Assembly (NCBI GenBank): GCA_038209015.1
Contig: JBBQYC010000002.1
Location: 1 to 55,661, forward strand
Source of the DNA: Candidatus Saccharimonadales bacterium
GTDB lineage: Bacteria; Patescibacteriota; Saccharimonadia; Saccharimonadales; JBBQYC01
Length of the DNA stretch: 55,661 bases
Reading direction: 5' to 3'
Of the stretch, positions 17,096 through 25,306 are shown one piece after another. The notes below the pieces were generated by a model. It did not search any database. It was not told where the DNA came from and saw only the letters and a list, made by a program, of their open reading frames with translations. Each line of letters begins with the position of its first letter. Position 1 is the first letter of the stretch. The position numbers and the translations under genes are program-made.

Positions 17096-17755
17096 ATGAG
17101 AATCAATAAATATGTGGCAGATGCACTCGGAATTGCCAGACGCAAAGCCGATATTCTCATTGATGAAGGCAAAATAACTTTAAATGGCACGGTTGCAGAG
17201 CAGGGGGTAAGCGTTTCTGAAACAGATACGGTTGTGTACAATGGCTCCCAGCTAAAGCCGCAGCTAAGCTCACTAACAATTGCTCTGCATAAACCGACTG
17301 GTTACGTTTGTTCGCGTAATGGCCAGGGTAGCCGTACAATTTATGATTTGCTGCCAGCCGACTACCAACATCTCAATCCTGCCGGACGCCTCGATAAAGA
17401 TTCTTCAGGACTACTACTGCTTTCAAGTGATGGAAAACTCATCGAACAGTTAACCCACCCACGCTACGACAAAGACAAAGTGTATCGTATTACAACCAAC
17501 AGGGAACTGACTGAGGATGAGCTACAACGGCTCCGCACCGGCATCCAGCTCGATGATGGCATCAGTATCTTCAAGCAAGCTACCGCTATTGGGTCAAAGC
17601 AATATGAAGTTGTACTAACAGAGGGACGGAATCGTCAAATTAGGAGAACATTCGGTGCCTTGAAGCACTGGGTTAAAGAATTGCACCGAACCCAGTTCGG
17701 ACCATATAAGTTAAACAATCTTAAACCTGGTGACTTTCGAATCGTTACTCATTAG
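17096..17755 (+). CDS. RsuA/RluB-family pseudouridine synthase (S4 domain + catalytic domain)
   Basis: The S4-like N-terminus is MRINKYVADALGIARRKADILIDEGKITLNG. The catalytic motif is GRLDKDSSGLLLLSSDG. Confidence 0.8.
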   Translation: MRINKYVADALGIARRKADILIDEGKITLNGTVAEQGVSVSETDTVVYNGSQLKPQLSSLTIALHKPTGYVCSRNGQGSRTIYDLLPADYQHLNPAGRLDKDSSGLLLLSSDGKLIEQLTHPRYDKDKVYRITTNRELTEDELQRLRTGIQLDDGISIFKQATAIGSKQYEVVLTEGRNRQIRRTFGALKHWVKELHRTQFGPYKLNNLKPGDFRIVTH

Positions 17756-17822
17756 CAAACTCTGTGTGTCCGTTTTGAAATCTTGTTGTAAATTTAGTAA
17801 TTTTATTGTAAAGTAACACCTT

Positions 17823-18539
17823 ATGTCTATGATACGTCAGTCAGAAATGCTGTTCGATTTTGCCCCAAAACCACCGGAGTTAACCGCCGAGTCTATCGGT
17901 GTTACAGCTGCTGAATGGGTTGATAGTACAATTTCGTATGACGCGAATTGTACTGTTTTTGATGCCGAGGACTGCCTTAAAGCGGGCAAGGGGACGTGCT
18001 ATGGGCAAGCACTAGGCGGCGTTGCACTACTGGAGCACTGGAATATACCCACAGGAATTGCGATTAGAAATTCCCCATTACATCATGCGTCAACCGTTTT
18101 TGAAGCTCAGGAAGGTCCACTCCTGGACAGTATAGGCTTCATAGAACCAGCCTACAGCCATTATTCGGATGTTTTAAGCTATTGCAGCATTGCAAATGAG
18201 GGGATGCCCCTCGATATCGCTAGGGATGTGCTCAAATCAGCGCGACGCGTTGTGGGAGGTGACATAGATCATGTGGTATTTGCTAAGATGCCCAGCGATC
18301 TACGGTGGACGAAAAAAGAAAATGTGCCGTATCAGCAAGATAAGCAACTGGCAAAATACTCAAAAGCATTCACTATCGCCAGTCCATCAGACGGATACAA
18401 TTCACTTGAAGCAATTGCTACGCTTAAAACATTATTCCATAGCGACAAAACACATTATAATGACGTGTACTCGGCATATATTTCTGATGTACCCGATTTT
18501 ATATATTTTCCAAAACCAAAACCTGGATATGAAGAGTAG
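17823..18539 (+). CDS. hypothetical protein with transglutaminase-like Cys-His core
   Basis: CLKAGKGTCYGQALGGVALLEHWNIPTGIAIRNSPLHHASTVF fits the C...GIP.R......H pattern of transglutaminase-like peptidases. Motif-level evidence only. Confidence 0.4.
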   Translation: MSMIRQSEMLFDFAPKPPELTAESIGVTAAEWVDSTISYDANCTVFDAEDCLKAGKGTCYGQALGGVALLEHWNIPTGIAIRNSPLHHASTVFEAQEGPLLDSIGFIEPAYSHYSDVLSYCSIANEGMPLDIARDVLKSARRVVGGDIDHVVFAKMPSDLRWTKKENVPYQQDKQLAKYSKAFTIASPSDGYNSLEAIATLKTLFHSDKTHYNDVYSAYISDVPDFIYFPKPKPGYEE

Positions 18540-18551
18540 TATAAGGAAGCA

Positions 18552-19907
18552 ATGAGTACGACTAAAACACCAATAGTAGCGATTGTAGGCCGCGCCAATG
18601 TCGGCAAATCAAGTCTGTTCAACAATATCCTAAAACGCCGCGAAGCCATTGTTGCAAAAGAAGCTGGTACTACTCGCGACAGCGTATGGGCGCGGGCCGA
18701 GCATGACGGGCAAAATTTTTGGCTTATAGACACTGCCGGAATGAAAATTGCAGAGGATGATTTTGAACTAACTATCCAAGAACAAATTCAGCAGGCGGCT
18801 GATTCGGCAGATGTTATATGGGTTGTAATCGAAGCCGATACTGTACTCACAGAAGAAGACAGACGCGTCGCTAAGACTGCTCTAAAGAGCCGTAAGCCAG
18901 TCTTTTTGCTCGTAAACAAAGCCGATAAAGCACCTCGCAATACTGCCGCGGATTATATGCGACTTGGTATCAAGCAGATTTATCTCACCAGCACGACCCA
19001 AAACAGTGGTATAGCAGAACTTTTGGATGATCTTACGGAGGTTATTCCACGAGTCACCAAAAAATCTTCTGACGATATATATGTAGCCCTACTCGGCCGG
19101 CCGAATGTCGGAAAATCTGCGCTATTTAATGCACTGGTGAAGAAACAACAGGCTATAGTAGCCGACAGAGCAGGGACGACCCGCGATGTTAACCGGCTTA
19201 GCATCAAATACAAGCTAAAAAATATCCAACTGATGGACACTGCCGGTATACGCCGACAAGGTAAGATTGAACGCGGCATAGAACATTTCAGCGTATTGCG
19301 TAGCCTTGCAGCAATTGAGCAGGCCGATGTCTGCTTACTCCTGATAGATTCAAATGAACTCAGTGTGGCGTTAGATCAGCGTATTGCGGGTATGGTTAAG
19401 GAATCAGGCAAGGGCTTAGTTCTAGTGGTCAGTAAATGGGATAGCCTGGATAAAGACGCCTACACGCGCGACGGACTAGCTCCTAAAATTGCAGCTGATT
19501 TTCGCTTTACCCCCTGGGCGCCACTCATTTTCACCAGTTCAGTCACCGGGCAGAACGTTACCAAGTTATTTGATCTAATCCTTGAAATTGATCAAAGACG
19601 CCAAACGCAGATAAAAACACCAGAGCTCAACAGGTGGTTGCGTCAGGTTGTAAATAAACACCCGCCGGCTGGTCTTAAGAGTTCACAGCCACATCTAAAT
19701 TATATTGTTCAAGAGTCGGATAATCCTATTAACTTCAAGATATTTGGACGGCAGACAAAGTTGCTCCACTGGAGTTACAAACGCTATATGGAACGGGAAC
19801 TTCGAGAGAAATTTGGCTTTGAAGGCACAGCGCTCAAGCTATGGTTTTTTGATAAGGACCAACCCGGCTCACACCGCTACAAAGATAAAGACAAACAAAC
19901 AGATTAG
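18552..19907 (+). CDS. der: ribosome-associated GTPase Der (EngA)
   Basis: There are two tandem G domains (GRANVGKSSLFN and GRPNVGKSALFN; DTAG twice; NKAD and SKWD) plus a KH-like C-terminus. The last ~45 codons lie in or after a duplicated segment. Confidence 0.9.
   Translation: MSTTKTPIVAIVGRANVGKSSLFNNILKRREAIVAKEAGTTRDSVWARAEHDGQNFWLIDTAGMKIAEDDFELTIQEQIQQAADSADVIWVVIEADTVLTEEDRRVAKTALKSRKPVFLLVNKADKAPRNTAADYMRLGIKQIYLTSTTQNSGIAELLDDLTEVIPRVTKKSSDDIYVALLGRPNVGKSALFNALVKKQQAIVADRAGTTRDVNRLSIKYKLKNIQLMDTAGIRRQGKIERGIEHFSVLRSLAAIEQADVCLLLIDSNELSVALDQRIAGMVKESGKGLVLVVSKWDSLDKDAYTRDGLAPKIAADFRFTPWAPLIFTSSVTGQNVTKLFDLILEIDQRRQTQIKTPELNRWLRQVVNKHPPAGLKSSQPHLNYIVQESDNPINFKIFGRQTKLLHWSYKRYMERELREKFGFEGTALKLWFFDKDQPGSHRYKDKDKQTD
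19773..19879 (+). repeat. 107-bp direct repeat, copy A (inside der 3' end)
   Basis: It matches 21565-21671 at 104 of 107 positions when aligned by eye. The mismatches are G/A, C/T and G/A. Confidence 0.9.
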
Positions 19908-19916
19908 AACACACTA

Positions 19917-19945
19917 TTGACAATACTGTCCTCATGTACTATAAT
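19917..19945 (+). promoter_or_regulatory. consensus sigma70-type promoter (TTGACA-17-TATAAT)
   Basis: TTGACA at 19917-19922, a 17-nt spacer, then TATAAT at 19940-19945. It lies about 185 nt upstream of the first cassette ORF. Confidence 0.6.
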
Positions 19946-19951
19946 ACATAC

Positions 19952-20131
19952 TGAAGACAGTAGTCTTTAGCAGGTAAGGACATCCAGTGTTCCTGCCAGC
20001 TACCGAAACAGTTCTAACCCAAGCCAGAAGCGGCCTGATCAAGTATCAATAGGCGCCTCCGCGATAAGGGATAAGTTAGTCCAAACTAAGGCAATTAACT
20101 TAACTCTAGACGCATTAGGAGGCGTTTTTCT
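19952..20131 (+). promoter_or_regulatory. structured 5' leader with an anti-SD element
   Basis: CGCCTCC (20054-20060) is complementary to the SD region GGAGGCG (20118-20124). Additional hairpins are at 19951-19970 and about 19970-19996. Confidence 0.3.
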
Positions 20132-20473
20132 ATGGAAAAAGATAAGAAGCAATTTTGGAAAGGCTATTTTTGGGGCGCTGCATTTTTGATGCCAGGCGCA
20201 ATCCTGAATTTGGTTGATACGTTTATTGAAGAAGACAAGATTAAAGACCGTGTCATTGAGACCCAGGTTTACCATGAACAGATTGAGGAGACTTTAACCC
20301 AGGACTTTGAGTCACTGAGTGATTTAAGACTGGATGGTTATGGCAACTTCACGTTTAAAACCGAAGAAAGTTCACAGCTCGAAGTCTGCAAAGGCAACTA
20401 TAAAGTGCAAGAAAATCTTGCCCTCATTGCCGGTGACTTGGTGTGTTCACGATCGTTAGAAAGTAATAGGTAA
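20132..20473 (+). CDS. small membrane-anchored protein, paralog 1
   Basis: SD AGGAGG. It has an N-terminal hydrophobic helix and a C-terminal ~60 aa with two Cys. This region aligns with the next ORF (DF...L.LD....FTF.T.....LEVC.G.Y......A..AG...C.R.L). Confidence 0.6.
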   Translation: MEKDKKQFWKGYFWGAAFLMPGAILNLVDTFIEEDKIKDRVIETQVYHEQIEETLTQDFESLSDLRLDGYGNFTFKTEESSQLEVCKGNYKVQENLALIAGDLVCSRSLESNR

Positions 20474-20484
20474 GGAGTTCAGCA

Positions 20485-20844
20485 ATGTCAGAATACAAAT
20501 CAAGCATCGAAAAATGGCGCCCTTCAGGTTTTGTGAGAGGTATGTGGTTTGGGATAGCAATAATGTTCACATCCAACATACTAGTTGAAGCCATGAGGGA
20601 TGACGATGTAAACCCAACGGAGCTACAAGCTAACAACCACCATTTGCAAGAAGAACTAGCTGGTGACTTCAATGATGTCGATGGCCTGATATTAGACTCG
20701 TCTAATAAGTCATTTACTTTTGAAACTCAAAATGGTGACGTACTAGAAGTCTGTACTGGTCAATATGAGATCAGCCAAGAAATAGCTACCGTAGCAGGCA
20801 ACATTGCTTGTACCAGAACGTTACAGCCACAAGGGAATAAATGA
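20485..20844 (+). CDS. small membrane-anchored protein, paralog 2
   Basis: SD AAGGAG. Same architecture and conserved Cys pair as the ORF at 20132-20473. Confidence 0.6.
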   Translation: MSEYKSSIEKWRPSGFVRGMWFGIAIMFTSNILVEAMRDDDVNPTELQANNHHLQEELAGDFNDVDGLILDSSNKSFTFETQNGDVLEVCTGQYEISQEIATVAGNIACTRTLQPQGNK

Positions 20845-21194
20845 TGTACGAACGTCTTAATTGGCGCTCTCGAGCGCTTTGCGGGTTAGTGTTAGGCGGT
20901 GTTGCTCTAAACTTCACCGCCCGCACTGAACAACCTAGATTAAACACCGAGATACCTGCCGTAGTCATAGATAAAGAATACGATGACCCCGACACTTGGA
21001 CTGTCATGGTCGGCAATAAGCCTAACATGCACTATGACCCAGCACGCTATTACCTGAAATTACGACAGTGCCAAGAAGTATATGACTCACAAGCCGATAG
21101 CAACAGTTGCGTAACAGTGACCGAAGAAGTCTCTGAAAAGATATATGAGGCGTATCCAGTTAGTTCAAATATAACTACGAATGAAAGGAAGTAA
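20841..21194 (+). CDS. small membrane-anchored hypothetical protein
   Basis: SD AAGGGA and a 4-nt overlap with the preceding ORF. It has an N-terminal hydrophobic segment and a Cys pair (CQEV...NSCV). Confidence 0.55.
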   Translation: MMYERLNWRSRALCGLVLGGVALNFTARTEQPRLNTEIPAVVIDKEYDDPDTWTVMVGNKPNMHYDPARYYLKLRQCQEVYDSQADSNSCVTVTEEVSEKIYEAYPVSSNITTNERK

Positions 21195-21196
21195 TT

Positions 21197-21556
21197 ATGA
21201 GAAAGAAGCACTACGAATCATCCAGCGAAAGAATAAAAGACTATGGTTTGTTTGCAGGGTTCTACGCAGTCGCCTTTGGGGCTGCAGTTGCAGTGAGCGT
21301 ACCTGCTCAATATGGGGCCGCAAAACTATCTGAAAGGTCATATGACGGGTCAGATGCCCAAGAGTACCTAGAAGATGCAGGTTATACGGACGTGGAATAT
21401 CAAGATACCAGTCGTCTGTTTGTGCAACTAACCGGCTGTGGCCGTGATGACGTCATCAAGTTTGAGTTTGAGGCCATTGCACCAGCCACTGGCAGGGAAG
21501 TGCAGCTGGCGGTATGCGACAACATCTTCAAGGGTGCGACTATCCGCCAAGACTAG
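21197..21556 (+). CDS. small membrane-anchored hypothetical protein
   Basis: SD AAAGGAAG. It has an N-terminal hydrophobic segment and a Cys pair (TGCG...AVCD). Confidence 0.55.
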   Translation: MRKKHYESSSERIKDYGLFAGFYAVAFGAAVAVSVPAQYGAAKLSERSYDGSDAQEYLEDAGYTDVEYQDTSRLFVQLTGCGRDDVIKFEFEAIAPATGREVQLAVCDNIFKGATIRQD

Positions 21557-21564
21557 TTGTGGCA

Positions 21565-21671
21565 AGTTACAAACGCTATATGGAACGAGAACTTCGAGAG
21601 AAATTTGGCTTTGAAGGCACAGTGCTCAAACTATGGTTTTTTGATAAGGACCAACCCGGCTCACACCGCTA
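21565..21671 (+). repeat. 107-bp direct repeat, copy B
   Basis: See copy A at 19773-19879. Confidence 0.9.
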
Positions 21672-21693
21672 TAAGAAAACAGAGGAAAACTAA
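21565..21693 (+). pseudogene. displaced original 3' end of der
   Basis: It reads in frame as SYKRYMERELREKFGFEGTVLKLWFFDKDQPGSHRYKKTEEN to its own stop at 21691-21693. No upstream der body is attached. Confidence 0.7.
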
Positions 21694-22231
21694 AGCGTGT
21701 AGGGGCGGGCTTTTTTAGAAGATATAAGAACTCATCAACACCTGTTTCATTGAACACTGCACTACAATCAGTACCTTGTCTTTCATTTGCATAGACGTAC
21801 AGAGTTCGCCCGTCGTTTAATGAAACTTCGTCTAGCTGCTTACCATAATCACTGACTTCTTGATTGGTTACTGTTACAACCCGGCTACAATAAAAATGAG
21901 GCATGTCGAAAGCACTTGCATCTCCCATCCCTTTAGGCTGTGTCGATGCAACGATAATATCACTCGTAGTAAATGAAGCTTCCTGAAAACCGTTTTCGGT
22001 ATAAGCGTTGTAGCGCAAATTATAAAAGCTATCTTCATACGGCAATGCAATGTCTATTTCAGGTAGAACAAAGACACCTTCGGATGCAGATACCACTGGT
22101 TGCCGGAAACTATCGTCCATGCCGCTACGCACCAAGCGTGAATATTCATTGAAATCACCCTGGATGGCTATTTTGATTGCATCCCAACTCCATAATGCAC
22201 TAAGAACTGTCAATGCAATCAATAAAACCAA
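21626..22231 (-). CDS. membrane-anchored hypothetical protein
   Basis: The track start is TTG. The frame stays open upstream (…KKSKNKIQKFHRPSWRAVAVITW) without an ATG, so the true start is uncertain. The last ~22 codons are antisense to the displaced der tail. Confidence 0.55.
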   Translation of the reverse strand: MVLLIALTVLSALWSWDAIKIAIQGDFNEYSRLVRSGMDDSFRQPVVSASEGVFVLPEIDIALPYEDSFYNLRYNAYTENGFQEASFTTSDIIVASTQPKGMGDASAFDMPHFYCSRVVTVTNQEVSDYGKQLDEVSLNDGRTLYVYANERQGTDCSAVFNETGVDEFLYLLKKPAPTRFSFPLFSYSGVSRVGPYQKTIV

Positions 22232-22367
22232 CCATGTTATAACAGCAACTGCTCGCCATGATGGTCTATGAAATTTTTGTATCTTATTTTTCGATTTTTT
22301 TATGTTATTGCCTGGAATCAGTATTTACCGGCTTGCATAGAAGGTATATATCAAAGATACTTGCCCT

Positions 22368-23009
22368 ATGGGACTAATTCGCAAGAATCCTTTCAACACT
22401 GAAAATAATAAGCCGCTATATACTTTGGGGTTAAGCACCACGGTTATTCTTGTGGGTCTTGGGAACGATGGGGCGAAGTATCAGAATACTCGTCATAACA
22501 TAGGTTTTGCTTGTTTGGATCAGTTTATTAAAGCCCAAAATATGGAATCTTGGATTCATAAAAAGGATTTGAAAAGCCATGTTAGTACAGGGACCGTTGG
22601 CAGCACGCGGGTAATAGCCATTAAGCCAACAACAATGATGAATCTCTCTGGTGAAGCAGTGCAGGCAGTCAGCGCATATTACAAAGTCCAAACAAACAAC
22701 CTCATTGTAGTACATGATGAGCTAGACGTTGTGTTTGGCCACATACGATGCCGCATGGGGGGCGGAGCAGCCGGTAATAACGGTGTCAAATCAATCATCC
22801 AGCATTTGGGTGAGGAGTTCGGCAGAGTGCGCGTTGGAATTGGCCCAAAGACTCCTGAACAAATCGATAGCGCCGATTTTGTATTGGGAACATTCAATCA
22901 AACCGAGCAAAAAACCGTACCGCTTATACTCCAGGAAGTAACAGCGCTATTAACTGAATTTGTTGCTACCACGCAAGTACCTCACGATACGAGGAACGTA
23001 TTGTTTTAG
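22368..23009 (+). CDS. pth: peptidyl-tRNA hydrolase
   Basis: LVGLGNDGAKYQNTRHNIGF, and ...VVHDELD...GGAAGNNGVKS. Confidence 0.9.
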   Translation: MGLIRKNPFNTENNKPLYTLGLSTTVILVGLGNDGAKYQNTRHNIGFACLDQFIKAQNMESWIHKKDLKSHVSTGTVGSTRVIAIKPTTMMNLSGEAVQAVSAYYKVQTNNLIVVHDELDVVFGHIRCRMGGGAAGNNGVKSIIQHLGEEFGRVRVGIGPKTPEQIDSADFVLGTFNQTEQKTVPLILQEVTALLTEFVATTQVPHDTRNVLF

Positions 23010-23048
23010 TTCATGCAGAAGTCGGACAAGATTACCACACCGAGCGAT

Positions 23049-23342
23049 CTAGTTGCTAAGAAAGTACTCGGTTTCTTCTGCTAATACATGTCCGGCGGCT
23101 ACGCCTACTGTATCAAGCAGCTCATTCATTTGTTTATAGATATCGCCGTAATATGCCTGCATAGCAATATCACCTACTTCGCCTGCATTCAAATAACCCT
23201 GACGTTCTTGCTCGCGGGCATCTTCAAGCAGTCCTATAAGACTGCCCACCTCATTAAAATGGTAATAAATATCTAGATGCTGTACGAGACTCCTATCATC
23301 GTCTTCTGGCTGGAGCAGCCTGAACCGTTCATTGATGATCAT
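23049..23342 (-). CDS. hypothetical acidic protein
   Basis: The ORF overlaps the upstream gene by 4 nt, which suggests translational coupling. No family recognised. Confidence 0.45.
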   Translation of the reverse strand: MIINERFRLLQPEDDDRSLVQHLDIYYHFNEVGSLIGLLEDAREQERQGYLNAGEVGDIAMQAYYGDIYKQMNELLDTVGVAAGHVLAEETEYFLSN

Positions 23343-23902
23343 GCTACTACCTCTGTTAAGAGTCTGTTCGGCACGTGTAATGTATCTTCAAAATAAACAT
23401 CACAGATTAATAAATCACGGGGTTCAAATGCAATGCCAGCGTGATATATTTGCGGTACTACTTTGTACGATTCACCGTCGTTATATTCAATCTTTTGACG
23501 GATTAAGGCTGCGTCTCCAGGACCATACGAGAATTGGTCTGCCTGTGTTAATGCGTGACGCATTTTCAATGGCTCATCAGCAAAACAGAAGTCTGCATTC
23601 GGGCCAGTTAGCGGTAGCAATACACTGAGACCGTGTGTGATATTTGAATCAATGTGCAGTGAACCATATAGGTCAGAACTTCTTTGCGCTGAGATAGGTT
23701 CCAAAGATAGCGTTGTTATGGATTCTGGAATACCGCCTGTTAGACGTGTAATAAATTCACCTAACACAGGAGCAATAAGCTGTAACCGCTTCATGTAAAG
23801 CGGCGGGGAATCCTGTAGCCGATATAGTTCGGTAGGCTGTACAAGCTCAGGAAGCTTCACGGCTCCCTGATTGATCATAGTATGTAGTAAACGTTCATTC
23901 AT
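23339..23902 (-). CDS. hypothetical protein with HxD...H motif (possible cupin/2OG-Fe(II)-oxygenase-like)
   Basis: SLHIDSN, and about 70 aa later IYHAG. This is motif spacing only, not a domain match. Confidence 0.45.
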   Translation of the reverse strand: MNERLLHTMINQGAVKLPELVQPTELYRLQDSPPLYMKRLQLIAPVLGEFITRLTGGIPESITTLSLEPISAQRSSDLYGSLHIDSNITHGLSVLLPLTGPNADFCFADEPLKMRHALTQADQFSYGPGDAALIRQKIEYNDGESYKVVPQIYHAGIAFEPRDLLICDVYFEDTLHVPNRLLTEVVA

Positions 23903-23913
23903 ATAAGTTTATC

Positions 23914-23954
23914 CAAAAAGAGCCTCCAGAGGGGGTGGGCACCGCTGGAGGCTC
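23914..23954 (-). terminator. intrinsic terminator-like hairpin directly upstream of the 23902 start codon
   Basis: On the minus strand the sequence reads GAGCCTCCAG-15 nt-CTGGAGGCTC followed by TTTTTGG. The U-tract ends 12 nt before the ATG at 23902. Confidence 0.55.
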
Positions 23955-23961
23955 ATTTCAA

Positions 23962-23994
23962 AGCTCGTGCATTCTCGCAAAAGATGCACGAGCT
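23962..23994 (-). terminator. second 11-bp hairpin in tandem (weak U-tract)
   Basis: On the minus strand the sequence reads AGCTCGTGCAT-11 nt-ATGCACGAGCT followed by TTTGAAAT. Confidence 0.35.
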
Positions 23995-24388
23995 CGGAAA
24001 ACACCCTTCAACCCACCCAGACAAAGCGTAGATACATATCCACAGATGATCACGCCTCCGCACGCGGAGTACTGGATACTTGCCATTGATTGGTAGTTAA
24101 AGGGGTTAGTTTGTTTTAGAGCCTGCATTCATGAGCCAAACCGAAGTTTTTCTCAATATACTGAGGTCTGGAAATCCATAACTCAGTACTCTTTTCCTAA
24201 TTTGAGAAAAAGATAGTGCAAGAGTATAAAGTGGAGGGTAACAACTTTAGACGACTCTAAAACAATCTAACAAATAGTCTCACTTGCGTGAGAACTGTTA
24301 GAATAGGTATGTAAGGTACATAAAACGGGTATACCGCTTACGAGTTGCAATTTTAGCAAATTTATATTATTTGTCAATAGGTATTTGT

Positions 24389-25252
24389 ATGAATGTCAAT
24401 ATAGTAGTACGCGACAACAGTAGTTTCCCTAACAAACTCAAAACTATCTATTCTGTGCCTGAAAAATTATATTATCGCGGATCAATTCAAGGACTTACAT
24501 CTAGCCCTGTGGTCAGCATTGTTGGCAGCAGGGCTGTTTCTCCTTATGGGCGGGCTGTAACATCAAAATTTTCCGCTGAACTAGCCAGTAAAGGGGTTGT
24601 GGTTGTTAGTGGATTAGCTCTGGGGGTTGATTCTATAGCCCACCAAAGCTGTCTTGAAGCTGGGGGAATCACTATAGCCGTACTGCCATCCCCTGTGGAC
24701 AAGGTGTATCCTGCGAGCCATCGGCAGTTATCAGAAAGGATTATTGAAAAGGGCGGGGGACTCATAAGTGAATATGGCCAGGACGACCGCTCAGAAGCCT
24801 TCAAATCGCGTTTTATAGCGCGAAACCGGATTGTGTCCGGTTTATGCGATATTTTGCTAATTACCGAAGCCTCAGAGCGTAGCGGAACACTACATACCGC
24901 CAACTTTGCACTTGAGCAGGGAAGAACTGTCATGGTTGTACCGGGGAATATAACCAGTCCGGGCAGCAAGGGAACAAACAACCTCATAAAAGCTGGTGCT
25001 CTGCCGGTTACGGGCACAGACGATATCTTACATCAGTTAGGTGAGTTCGATTTCCAGTCAGACAATGACATTGTTGCAGCGAATGAGCACGAAGCTCTCA
25101 TCTTAAACAGTATGAAGGAGGGCGTAACCGATGCAGGTATCATTCAAACTTCTATTGGTATTGATCCCGCCTTATTCAATCAAACAATGACCATGCTTGA
25201 AATTACCGGAAAAATTCGCCCCTTGGGCGCCGGACATTGGACACTTAGTTGA
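24389..25252 (+). CDS. dprA: DNA processing protein DprA (Smf)
   Basis: IVGSRAVSPYG, SGLALGVDSIAHQ, GTLHTANFALEQGR. The track start at 24371 is TTG, and the first ATG is at 24389. Confidence 0.85.
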   Translation: MNVNIVVRDNSSFPNKLKTIYSVPEKLYYRGSIQGLTSSPVVSIVGSRAVSPYGRAVTSKFSAELASKGVVVVSGLALGVDSIAHQSCLEAGGITIAVLPSPVDKVYPASHRQLSERIIEKGGGLISEYGQDDRSEAFKSRFIARNRIVSGLCDILLITEASERSGTLHTANFALEQGRTVMVVPGNITSPGSKGTNNLIKAGALPVTGTDDILHQLGEFDFQSDNDIVAANEHEALILNSMKEGVTDAGIIQTSIGIDPALFNQTMTMLEITGKIRPLGAGHWTLS

Positions 25253-25306
25253 CTATCTAGTTATATTTTGCTTGACGCTTGAAAGATGGCATAGTATGTT
25301 AATTGA

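Larger units (their letters stand above)
19880..21564 (+). mobile_element. 1.7-kb inserted four-gene cassette without a recombinase
   Basis: This is unique sequence between the two der 3'-end copies. It carries its own consensus promoter and four SD-preceded small ORFs. Confidence 0.5.

Noticed and set aside
18271-18555. ORF 18271-18555 (+), which overlaps the end of the 17823-18539 gene and the start of der in another frame.
   Set aside because: It is an alternative-frame ORF with a low-complexity translation and no SD, nested in two better-supported genes.
23990-24030. A GGGTGGG element on the minus strand reminiscent of the T-box sequence (AGGGUGGUACCGCG).
   Set aside because: The TACCGCG half is missing and no specifier-loop or Stem I features were found. 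The downstream genes are also unrelated to amino-acid or tRNA metabolism.
23958-24086. A 42-aa Cys-rich hydrophobic ORF (MASIQYSACGGVIICGYVSTLCLGGLKGVFRARASFARMHEL) on the minus strand inside the leader. It could be a leader peptide, a type I toxin or a RiPP precursor next to a putative oxygenase.
   Set aside because: It has no Shine-Dalgarno sequence. Its 3' third is simply the 11-bp terminator-like hairpin read as codons. I regard it as a by-product of RNA structure, though conservation analysis could revive it.
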